From a virus (lineage: Duplodnaviria > Caudoviricetes), in IMG/VR virus record IMGVR_UViG_3300047557_000735, positions 1 through 58,604 of that record: 58,604 nucleotides of DNA. The stretch is one strand, 5' to 3'. The notes beneath the pieces were generated by a model, which did no database searches, was not told the DNA's origin, and worked only from the letters and a program-made list of their open reading frames with translations. The number at the start of each line of letters is the position of its first letter. The stretch's first letter is position 1. The position numbers and the translations under genes are program-made. Below, piece by piece: positions 28,803-35,653 of the stretch.

Positions 28803-29002
28803 TCTGCCTCCAGAGGTATGTCGCGCCATTCGCCTCCTACAAGCTCAACAGTTTGATACCCATAACCGTCAGAAAATGTCCTGTGCGGTGCCCACCATTG
28901 CTGAAGAATTTTTATTGCATGGCCTGTTGAAATACCTGTCTTTTGGTCTGTGTTCATATTTACAAAACGCTCAACAAAGCGCAGTTTATTTGTTGGTGTC
29001 AT
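28799..29002 (-). CDS. Conserved phage hypothetical protein
   Basis: MTPT.KLRFVER...ILQQWW...GEWRD.P. Confidence 0.7.
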   Translation of the reverse strand: MTPTNKLRFVERFVNMNTDQKTGISTGHAIKILQQWWAPHRTFSDGYGYQTVELVGGEWRDIPLEAE

Positions 29003-29196
29003 TGTTGTTCTCCTTGTTCTATCTCATCTAGGACATCATTAGCCCACTGAGGATCGCCGCCCATTCTTATTTTTACTAACGCAGCAATCAGCTTTGCGTT
29101 GATCTCTTGAAGCGCTTCGACTTCCATCTTCTTTTCGCAGTACGCCAGCCATAGCTGCTGTACCGAATCGTCAGTAAACTCTTTCCACTTACCCAT
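28999..29196 (-). CDS. Hypothetical protein, first gene of the leftward operon
   Basis: ATG at 29196 after GGAGG, just downstream of the leftward promoter. Confidence 0.65.
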   Translation of the reverse strand: MGKWKEFTDDSVQQLWLAYCEKKMEVEALQEINAKLIAALVKIRMGGDPQWANDVLDEIEQGEQQ

Positions 29197-29220
29197 AGCG
29201 TCCTCCCTCACAATATCTGC

Positions 29221-29249
29221 ATGCTATTACAACAGGTAGGTAGTGTCAA
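29221..29249 (-). promoter_or_regulatory. Leftward sigma70-type promoter
   Basis: Minus strand: TTGACA (29249-29244), 17 nt, TAGCAT (29226-29221). Confidence 0.75.
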
Positions 29250-29287
29250 TAGGTATATTCAAGGGGGAACAATCTGTTGCATTAAGG

Positions 29288-29311
29288 CTATCTGGTAATT
29301 CTTCCAGATAG
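29288..29311. promoter_or_regulatory. Palindromic operator, copy 1
   Basis: CTATCTGGTAATTCTTCCAGATAG, nearly identical to 39236-39259. It lies just upstream of an extended -10 TGcTATTCT (29315-29323). Confidence 0.75.
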
Positions 29312-29328
29312 GTATGCTATTCTTGGGG

Positions 29329-29397
29329 CGAGGAAAGCGGATGCTGGAGACTGCACCTCCAAAGCGGTCATTGCTTGCCAGATGTAGCGAGTACTCG
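29329..29397 (+). ncRNA. Putative structured RNA with loop-E/sarcin-ricin-like GAA/AGUA motif
   Basis: CGAG-GAAA-GC...GC-GAGTA-CTCG enclosing TGG/CCA and a GGAG/CTCC hairpin. Confidence 0.45.
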
Positions 29398-29551
29398 GTG
29401 ATTGCAACGTTGTTGTGTTCATACCCCAGCCGCAGGTGGGCAAACGGCGGCGACAGGAGTCTGGTAATCCTTTAAGCTGTAGCGTAACTGGATGATCCTG
29501 TGGACACCCCGGAGAGACGGGGAGAGTCTTCTTGCCGGTGGTGAATGCCGG

Positions 29552-29596
29552 GAGCCCCTCCGCTCTCCCCCTCCTTCGAGACGGGGGGCTTTTTTT
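29552..29596 (+). terminator. Probable intrinsic terminator
   Basis: GCCCCTCCG...CGGGGGGC followed by T7. Confidence 0.55.
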
Positions 29597-29624
29597 ACAC
29601 GCAATATGTCGTTCCTGTTATAGT
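29594..29624 (+). promoter_or_regulatory. Promoter for the tRNA/ncRNA array
   Basis: Extended -10 TGtTATAGT (29616-29624) about 10 nt before the tRNA, with TTTACA upstream. Confidence 0.6.
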
Positions 29625-29633
29625 CTCATCAGA

Positions 29634-29708
29634 TGCGGGATGGCGCAGCGGTAGCGCGGTGGGCTCATATTCCATAGGTCGTCGGTTCGATTCCGGCTCC
29701 CGCTACCA
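29634..29708 (+). tRNA. tRNA(CAU), initiator (fMet)-like, with encoded CCA
   Basis: Cloverleaf TGCGGGA-TG-GCGC-AGCGGTA-GCGC-G-GTGGG-CTCATAT-TCCAT-AGGTC-GTCGG-TTCGATT-CCGGC-TCCCGCT-ACCA. It has a 1:72 mismatch and G29-G31 as in initiators. Confidence 0.92.
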
Positions 29709-29831
29709 AGACGCATGACCATTGCTGGACGTGAAAACGTAAAGCGGACTAACCCAGAAGCGGGAAGCCCCGAGTTCTAGACACCTCGGTGGTAGCAAGA
29801 CGGGGAAATAGCAGTGGTCAGTCGTGTTGGT
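29705..29831 (+). ncRNA. Structured RNA module A1
   Basis: ACCAAGACGCATGACCATTGCT pairs with AGCAGTGGTCAGTCGTGTTGGT. Internal hairpins are ACGT-GAAA-ACGT and CCGAG/CTCGG. Confidence 0.7.
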
Positions 29832-29893
29832 GTCAGTGAATAGCTGGCAGTGGCATATCGCACACGGGCAATAGGGAATAGCTGTCACCAACA

Positions 29894-30012
29894 ACCAAGA
29901 CGCATGAGGATTGGCTTATTACTGGAAAGTCCGGACTAAAGGTAATGAGATCAGCGGAGTGTCCTTAGTGACTAGGCGGGCTCGTAAGGCCGCAGTCCTC
30001 AGTCGTGTTGGT
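29894..30012 (+). ncRNA. Structured RNA module A2 (paralogue of A1)
   Basis: ACCAAGACGCATGAGGATTG pairs with CAGTCCTCAGTCGTGTTGGT, with a compensatory CC/GG to GG/CC swap relative to A1. Confidence 0.7.
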
Positions 30013-30111
30013 GAATGCGTAGGCTGATACGCGGCGAGCCGGAGCTAATGCAGGAAACGACGGACACCAAGGCTGACCTGAATATGCCGGAGATCAGCGC
30101 CGGTCACCAAC
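30007..30111 (+). ncRNA. tRNA-shaped RNA module B2 with complementary loops
   Basis: Closing stem GTTGGTGA/TCACCAAC, arm GCGTA-GGCTGA-TACGC, arm CCGG-AGATCAGCG-CCGG. GCTGAT and ATCAGC are complementary. Confidence 0.6.
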
Positions 30112-30137
30112 CTCCACTAAAGTCCAGTAACGTCCAG

Positions 30138-30166
30138 TTGCACGGAATCTCATACTGTCTTATCAT
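30138..30166 (+). promoter_or_regulatory. Rightward sigma70-type promoter
   Basis: TTGCAC, 17 nt, TATCAT. Confidence 0.65.
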
Positions 30167-30212
30167 TCGTCCTGTCAGAGCTGGCACTCTGTCATATACG
30201 CTAATGAGTACT

Positions 30213-30350
30213 AACCCCAGTCAGTTTAGGTGGGGCATGTGTAGTTCAGTTATATCTTCCTTCTCACGAGGGGAAAATCCATTAGCGTGGATATGACTGA
30301 GTTGCCCATGCCAACGGGCCATGCCCCACCTAAGTTGTACTGGGGTTTTT
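30213..30350 (+). repeat. Long imperfect inverted repeat followed by a U-tract
   Basis: AACCCCAGT.CAG.TTTAGGTGGGGCATG ... CATGCCCCACCTAAG.TTG.TACTGGGGTTTTT. Confidence 0.85.
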
Positions 30351-30674
30351 CTTTGGGCGCTCTGACCGCACCTACCGCGATAGCAGAGAGCCTGCATGGG
30401 CTGCCGTAGAGAGTACACTGGCCGAGGATTCACCCCCCTGCGAGCCACGTAGCCTGTCAGCGAGGGACTACACAAGACGGTGGGGACAAGTGGTGAGACA
30501 ACCCTGCCATCGAGATAATCGCTGCCTCACGGGTTTGCTGGGCGCCAGTAGCAGGGCGTTGGGCAGGGAGATACCACCGCCTCTGTGCCTACGGCATGGG
30601 TAAAGGCTGGGCTATCACCCTTGGGGAACCTAGACACGGGTATGCAATAGGTAGGATGAGACCAGAACTACCTG

Positions 30675-30737
30675 TTGACACATCTATATGTAGGGATTAT
30701 GATTACTACATGTAGAGGAATCATCCACTATATGTAG
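30675..30737 (+). promoter_or_regulatory. Consensus-like promoter overlaid by three 22-bp-phased palindromic boxes
   Basis: TTGACA(30675), 17 nt, TATGAT(30698). CTAYATGTAG at 30684, 30706 and 30728. Confidence 0.8.
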
Positions 30738-30747
30738 AGGAGGTGGT

Positions 30748-31008
30748 ATGGAAAAGGAAGTGATGAGCTTGGTCAGGGAGGCCATGGAATTGTCAGACCG
30801 GCTGGAGTCAGTCTTGGATGGGGAGGATATGTTCGTTATCCTGATGGCGCTGACCAAGGTGGCAGGTGTGATGCTCGCTGAGTCGGAGGGGCTATCCCCC
30901 AATCTGGCGGATGAGCGGACTTCTGTTGCGTGGTTCAGCGTGGGTGCTGTGGCTGCGTATCGTGGGCACAAGGAGGCCATGAAGGAAGCAGCCGGGACGA
31001 TGCACTGA
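30748..31008 (+). CDS. Hypothetical protein
   Basis: Strong GGAGG RBS; first gene after the promoter. Confidence 0.7.
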   Translation: MEKEVMSLVREAMELSDRLESVLDGEDMFVILMALTKVAGVMLAESEGLSPNLADERTSVAWFSVGAVAAYRGHKEAMKEAAGTMH

Positions 31009-31430
31009 TGGACAGGCAACGGATCTATGATGCCATGCTGATCAAGGGGTTCCGGTCAGACATCACCATCGGCTACCTGTACTACTGGCTCAAGCCCTAC
31101 AACATCGCGCCTCCAGATAAGGACTTGATGCGGCAGCCGCCCATGGCTAACAAGATGTCAGTCAGGGTATTCGTCGGCACTTTCTTGAAGCCACTGGCAG
31201 ACAGGTTGTGGGACACCGATCCATCGCAGGACATGAAGACACTGGACTGGATGAAGAACATCGAGTGTCAGCAAGACAGGAAGATCGACAACGAGCGCAG
31301 GAGACTAAGGCGGCAAGTAACCCATGATCATGGGCGTATGGATATCCTTGGTCATAACCTTGAACGGCAACACACCAACAACCAGTGGCACGTTACTAAA
31401 TCAAAAATAAAACTAAGGAGAGTGAAATGA
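31008..31430 (+). CDS. Hypothetical protein
   Basis: ATG overlaps the upstream TGA (TGATG). Confidence 0.65.
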   Translation: MDRQRIYDAMLIKGFRSDITIGYLYYWLKPYNIAPPDKDLMRQPPMANKMSVRVFVGTFLKPLADRLWDTDPSQDMKTLDWMKNIECQQDRKIDNERRRLRRQVTHDHGRMDILGHNLERQHTNNQWHVTKSKIKLRRVK

Positions 31431-31630
31431 GATCGGTGGCAGAAGACTTGGCAGAGTGGTTGGAATCTCAGCCTCGGAACAAGCTTGATCTGGAAGCGGC
31501 AATCTTCATCAGGAAGATGGAGCGTGTCTACGCAGCAGCTTATGACATGGTCTATGCCCGCAACGACGTAGCCAGCAAGGCTGCATACGCGGACATGGTT
31601 GACGTTATCAAGGGAAGGAAACCAGAGTGA
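31427..31630 (+). CDS. Hypothetical protein
   Basis: AAGGAG RBS; ATGA overlap. Confidence 0.65.
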   Translation: MRSVAEDLAEWLESQPRNKLDLEAAIFIRKMERVYAAAYDMVYARNDVASKAAYADMVDVIKGRKPE

Positions 31631-31743
31631 TTGATCTCGCTACCTACTTGTTGTTGGCGGCGGGTGCGCTCATTGGAGCCGGGCTATGTTTGCTTGGCAT
31701 TGCGGGTGTGTTGTGGTTAATGATTAAACTTTCGGAGGGGTAA
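31627..31743 (+). CDS. Small membrane peptide (38 aa)
   Basis: GTGA overlap; MIDLATYLLLAAGALIGAGLCLLGIAGVLWLMIKLSEG fills the gap exactly. Confidence 0.5.
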   Translation: MIDLATYLLLAAGALIGAGLCLLGIAGVLWLMIKLSEG

Positions 31744-32565
31744 ATGAATCTCAGCTTAGACAAAATTAGAATCGATTGTGGTACGCAATCACGTACCAAG
31801 ATTGACGATCAAGTGGTTGGACAATACTGCGAGGCGATTAAAAACTCCGTTGTATTCCCAAAGGTCATCGTATTCCATGACGGCCTCCAGTACTACCTTG
31901 CCGATGGATTCCACCGCTACCTCGCAACCAAAGCGGCGGGCTCTCCCAACATCGACTGCCACATTATCAACGGCACTCTCCGTGATGCGGTGCTCTACTC
32001 CAACGGCGCGAACGGTGATCATGGTTTGCAGCGTACCAATGCAGACAAGCGCAACGTAGTTATTCGCATGCTCCAAGATATCGAATGGTCTGAGTGGTCT
32101 GACCGTGAGATAGCCAAGCACTGTCACGTTAGTCATGTGCTGGTCGCCAACATCCGCCGGGAACTGGGCATAGGCAATGACTCCATCAAGTTTGAGCGTG
32201 GCGGCAAGACCCATGTCATGAAGACCAAAGACAAGAAGCAGGACGAGCCGAAGCAAGAGGAGCCCGTTGAAGACTGGCCTTTTGAGGAAACGCCGGAACA
32301 GCAGATGGCTGAGGCTATTACCCTGCTCAAGGCTGAGAATGAGGCGCTGTCCGACAGGCTTGCCGTTGCCACGATGGACGCTGATGAGATTGAAAAGCAG
32401 ATGGCAGAGTCCACCATCAAGGATTTGCGTGCACAGATTCGTCTGCTCGAGATTGAACTTGCTGCGGTCAAGCATTCACGCGACACCTTCCAATCTGAAA
32501 ACGCCCAGCTTATGAAACAGGTGGCTATGCTTCAGAAGAAGCTCAAGAAGCTAGAAGAAAAGTGA
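31744..32565 (+). CDS. ParB/Srx N-terminal domain protein with HTH and coiled coil
   Basis: YYLADGFHRYLA, N..HGL.RT.ADKR, WSDREIAKHC.VS...V..IR. Confidence 0.8.
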   Translation: MNLSLDKIRIDCGTQSRTKIDDQVVGQYCEAIKNSVVFPKVIVFHDGLQYYLADGFHRYLATKAAGSPNIDCHIINGTLRDAVLYSNGANGDHGLQRTNADKRNVVIRMLQDIEWSEWSDREIAKHCHVSHVLVANIRRELGIGNDSIKFERGGKTHVMKTKDKKQDEPKQEEPVEDWPFEETPEQQMAEAITLLKAENEALSDRLAVATMDADEIEKQMAESTIKDLRAQIRLLEIELAAVKHSRDTFQSENAQLMKQVAMLQKKLKKLEEK

Positions 32566-32614
32566 GTTATGCCCACGCTGGCGGGCATGTGTGCCAGTAG
32601 AGTAAGGAGCGACA

Positions 32615-34090
32615 GTGTTAAGTCTTCGTGATTATCAGGAGAAGGCGCTCGCCGATCTTCGTGCAGGGTTCGCACAAGGTAAGCGGGCGCAGGTGCTAGT
32701 CAGTCCGACTGGCAGCGGTAAAACAGAGATGGCAATCGCCTTGATGGCTGCCACCAAAACCAAAGGCAACAAGGCTGCAATGCTGCTGGATCGTATCGTT
32801 CTGTGCGATCAAACCAGCAAGCGGCTGGAGCGGTACAACATCGAGCACGGCGTGATGCAGTCAGGGCACTGGCGCTATCGTCCGTACGAAAACATTCAGG
32901 TCTGCTCTGCTCAAACCCTCGAGCGCCGCGGTGCCTTCCCCGGGTTGAACCTTCTGATCGTGGATGAATGCCACGCTACGCGGGAGCAGACGGTTGAGTT
33001 CATCAAGAACAATCCCGATGTGAAGGTCGTTGGCTTGACTGCCACCCCGTTTACCAAAGGGCTCGGCAAGATCTACGACAACGTGGTCAGTCCTGTCACC
33101 ACCAAAGAACTAGTGCAGCGCCAGATGCTGGTGCCGCTGCGTGTCTTCATCGCGAAAGAGATCGACATGACCGGTGCCAAGAAGGTAGCGGGCGAGTGGT
33201 CACAACAGGAAGCCACGACTCGAGGCATGAAGATCACCGGTGACGTTGTATCCGAGTGGGTTGCCAAGACTCATGAGATATTCGGTGAACCACGCAAGAC
33301 GATTGTCTTCTCTGCTGGCGTAGACCACGGTGCTGATCTCGCCCGTAAGTTTCAGGAGCATGGCTACAACTTCATCAGCCTGAGTTACAAGGATGACGAA
33401 GAGTGGAAGAAGAAAATCATCGAAGACTTTTCCAAGCCTGACACGGAGATACAAGGTCTGATCGCCACCGATATCCTGACGAAGGGCTTCGACGTTCCCG
33501 ATGTAATGATCGGCGTATCAGCTAGGCCATTCAGCAAATCCCTGTCCTCTCACATTCAGCAGATGGGGCGCGTCATGCGTGGCTGCGAAAACAAAGAGTT
33601 TGCGCTGTGGCTGGACCACTCCGGCAACTACCTGCGGTTCCGGGAAGACTGGGATGAGGTCTATGAGGATGGCGTAAGCAAGCTTGACGAAGGCAAAGAG
33701 AAGGCAAAGAAGGAACCAACAGAGCGGGAGAAGAAAGAATCAAAGTGTCCTGCATGCCATGCGCTGTGGGTCGGTGGGTCTGATACCTGCTACAACTGCG
33801 GGCACGTTCGTGAGCGGCAGAACAAAGTAAGTGCGGTGGCTGGCAAGATGGAAGAGTTAGCAACGGCAACCATGACTCGCGAGAGCAAGCAGGAATTCTG
33901 GTCGATGATGCAGTACTACGTCCGGCATGAGGGCTGGTCCAGTGGTCGCGCTGCGAATACTTACCGGGATAAGTTTGGCGTGTGGCCTCGAGGGTTGAAC
34001 GACAATCAGGTCATGCTGCCATCGCCAGAGGTGAAGAAGTTTATCCGCAAAAAGCTGCACGCATTCTTGAAAAGGATTGGGAAGAGATGA
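32615..34090 (+). CDS. Superfamily II DEAD/DEAH-like helicase with Zn finger
   Basis: LRDYQ, PTGSGKT, VDECH, LTATP, KGFDVP, QQMGRVMR, CPAC...CYNC. Confidence 0.93.
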   Translation: MLSLRDYQEKALADLRAGFAQGKRAQVLVSPTGSGKTEMAIALMAATKTKGNKAAMLLDRIVLCDQTSKRLERYNIEHGVMQSGHWRYRPYENIQVCSAQTLERRGAFPGLNLLIVDECHATREQTVEFIKNNPDVKVVGLTATPFTKGLGKIYDNVVSPVTTKELVQRQMLVPLRVFIAKEIDMTGAKKVAGEWSQQEATTRGMKITGDVVSEWVAKTHEIFGEPRKTIVFSAGVDHGADLARKFQEHGYNFISLSYKDDEEWKKKIIEDFSKPDTEIQGLIATDILTKGFDVPDVMIGVSARPFSKSLSSHIQQMGRVMRGCENKEFALWLDHSGNYLRFREDWDEVYEDGVSKLDEGKEKAKKEPTEREKKESKCPACHALWVGGSDTCYNCGHVRERQNKVSAVAGKMEELATATMTRESKQEFWSMMQYYVRHEGWSSGRAANTYRDKFGVWPRGLNDNQVMLPSPEVKKFIRKKLHAFLKRIGKR

Positions 34091-34308
34091 CTACAGATGA
34101 CATTATCAATATGGCGCGGGAGGCTGGCTGGCCTGAATGGGACATCGTAGGTTGTGAAATAGAACTTGAACGCTTCGCCGCCCTAGTCGCAGCAGCCGAG
34201 CGTGAGGAGTGCGCGAAGGTATGTGAAGTATTGGAATACAACGGTTACGAGCGTTTGCCTAGGGATCCAGTGTCGGCTCGCCGTATCCGCGCAAGGGGGC
34301 AAGCATGA
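34087..34308 (+). CDS. Small modular protein
   Basis: MTTDDIINMAREAG...LERFAALVAAAEREECAKVC...IRARG. Confidence 0.7.
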   Translation: MTTDDIINMAREAGWPEWDIVGCEIELERFAALVAAAEREECAKVCEVLEYNGYERLPRDPVSARRIRARGQA

Positions 34309-34466
34309 AACTAAAACCAGTTGAAGGTCGCAAGTACTTTGTCCATCGGTACAAGTGGTCACACGAAGCCAAGCGTAAACAGTTTCTTCGCGCATTTAAA
34401 GAGGGCAAAGTGTTGTTGCTGCAAAGCACGAGGGATGGGTGGTTGTATCAATGGGGGCAGGTGTGA
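34305..34466 (+). CDS. Small basic hypothetical protein (53 aa)
   Basis: ATGA and TGATG overlaps at both ends; MKLKPVEGRKYF... Confidence 0.55.
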   Translation: MKLKPVEGRKYFVHRYKWSHEAKRKQFLRAFKEGKVLLLQSTRDGWLYQWGQV

Positions 34467-35296
34467 TGGACTTCTTAGATTTTGCCCGCTCTCATGGCAT
34501 CATCATCCATGACTACCCGCCTGTCGGTACATGGAAGCGGTACCCAACAGAGGATCACCCGCGCAAGCGCAACGGCGCAGTCAAGTACATGGGCACGCAT
34601 GGATTCGTACAGAACCACGCCACCGACACCATCGTTTCGATATGGAAGCATGACTCTCCCAACCAGCTAGACCAGCGGCAAATCCGTTCGTCTGTTCTCA
34701 ACGCAGAGCAGGAGATGCGTAAGCGTCAGCGCGAGGCCACGCAGAAGGCAGTCCGCATGCTGAACGATAGCGGCCTGATGACTCACCCATATCTGGCAGC
34801 AAAGGGGTTCCCGGATGAGCAGGGCAACGTCTTGCACATTGAAGGCAAGCCTGTCCTTCTCGTGCCGATGAGGGTAGCGGGCTCGCTGGTCGGTGTGCAG
34901 ATGATTGATGCAGAGGGCGGGAAAAAATTCCTGTTCGGGCAGCGTACATCAGGCGCTACCTTCACGTTCGACAACAAGGGGATGCACATACTCTGCGAAG
35001 GGTATGCGACTGCGCTCTCCGTTCGTCTGGCCTTGAAGACCATGAAGCGGCGCTACACTCTGCATGTATGTTTTTCGGCGGGCAATATGCTGAAGGTAGC
35101 GGAAAGTCTTAAGCCGGGGCTGGTCATCGCTGACAATGATGCCAGCGAGACCGGGCAAAAGACGGCGGCGCAGATAGGCTGGCCTGTATGGATCAGCGAT
35201 ACAGTGGGCGAGGATGCCAACGACTACCACCGGCGTGTGGGTCTGTTCAGGTTTACTCAAAGCCTGACTCAATCCATGCGCGGGTTGTCCGTCTGA
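34466..35296 (+). CDS. TOPRIM-domain primase
   Basis: HPYL..KG, LCEGYATALS, CFSAGN, IADND, DANDY. Confidence 0.85.
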   Translation: MDFLDFARSHGIIIHDYPPVGTWKRYPTEDHPRKRNGAVKYMGTHGFVQNHATDTIVSIWKHDSPNQLDQRQIRSSVLNAEQEMRKRQREATQKAVRMLNDSGLMTHPYLAAKGFPDEQGNVLHIEGKPVLLVPMRVAGSLVGVQMIDAEGGKKFLFGQRTSGATFTFDNKGMHILCEGYATALSVRLALKTMKRRYTLHVCFSAGNMLKVAESLKPGLVIADNDASETGQKTAAQIGWPVWISDTVGEDANDYHRRVGLFRFTQSLTQSMRGLSV

Positions 35297-35436
35297 TCTC
35301 CTTGTAATCGCTTGTATTCCTGAAAGCAGGGGCGGCAGATGGTGGCGAATCCACCGTCCGCCGTTTTCACTACGGTGTATTGGCACCGATGGCACCCGGG
35401 CGTATATAAACAGCGTTGCAGGTGTGCGTGACTCAT
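35269..35436 (-). CDS. Small CxxC...CxxC protein (55 aa)
   Basis: Starts at the repeated leader AGGAGATCAGACGAATG; GCHRC...ICRPC. Confidence 0.55.
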   Translation of the reverse strand: MSHAHLQRCLYTPGCHRCQYTVVKTADGGFATICRPCFQEYKRLQGDQTDNPRMD

Positions 35437-35451
35437 TCGTCTGATCTCCTC

Positions 35452-35640
35452 TTAATTGACAAGGGCGGTAAGTGTCCGGGCGTGCGCGACCAAATACCCG
35501 AATTGAAAATCCGTAAGGTCTTCGCGCAGGGATAACTCATAAGCTTGCAAGAATGGTAAGTTCTGTTCTTTGCAGAATTTAAAAAGCTCGGCGCTCATAA
35601 TGATGGCGATATATTCGTTCATTTCTTGGTCGGGTTTCAT
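35452..35640 (-). CDS. Hypothetical early protein
   Basis: Starts at the repeated leader; MKPDQEMNE... Confidence 0.65.
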   Translation of the reverse strand: MKPDQEMNEYIAIIMSAELFKFCKEQNLPFLQAYELSLREDLTDFQFGYLVAHARTLTALVN

Positions 35641-35653
35641 TCGTCTGATCTCC

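Noticed and set aside
29709-29830. HDV-like (theta) or hammerhead ribozyme after the tRNA
   Set aside because: I could not fit the nested double pseudoknot or a CUGANGA/GAAA core by eye. A covariance search would be needed to exclude it fully.
29705-30012. Repeat-spacer-repeat pattern suggesting a mini CRISPR array
   Set aside because: The units are two long hairpins with paired 5' and 3' arms and ~80-nt interiors, not direct repeats with 30-40 nt spacers. There is no cas operon.
29419-30475. Short ORFs in the control region (29419-, 29703-, 30015+, 30221-)
   Set aside because: They have no clear RBS or motifs and overlap strongly base-paired elements, so a non-coding reading fits better.
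31744-32565. ParABS plasmid-prophage partition system
   Set aside because: There is no ParA ATPase or plasmid Rep in the window. ParB-N domain proteins are common in phages without partitioning.
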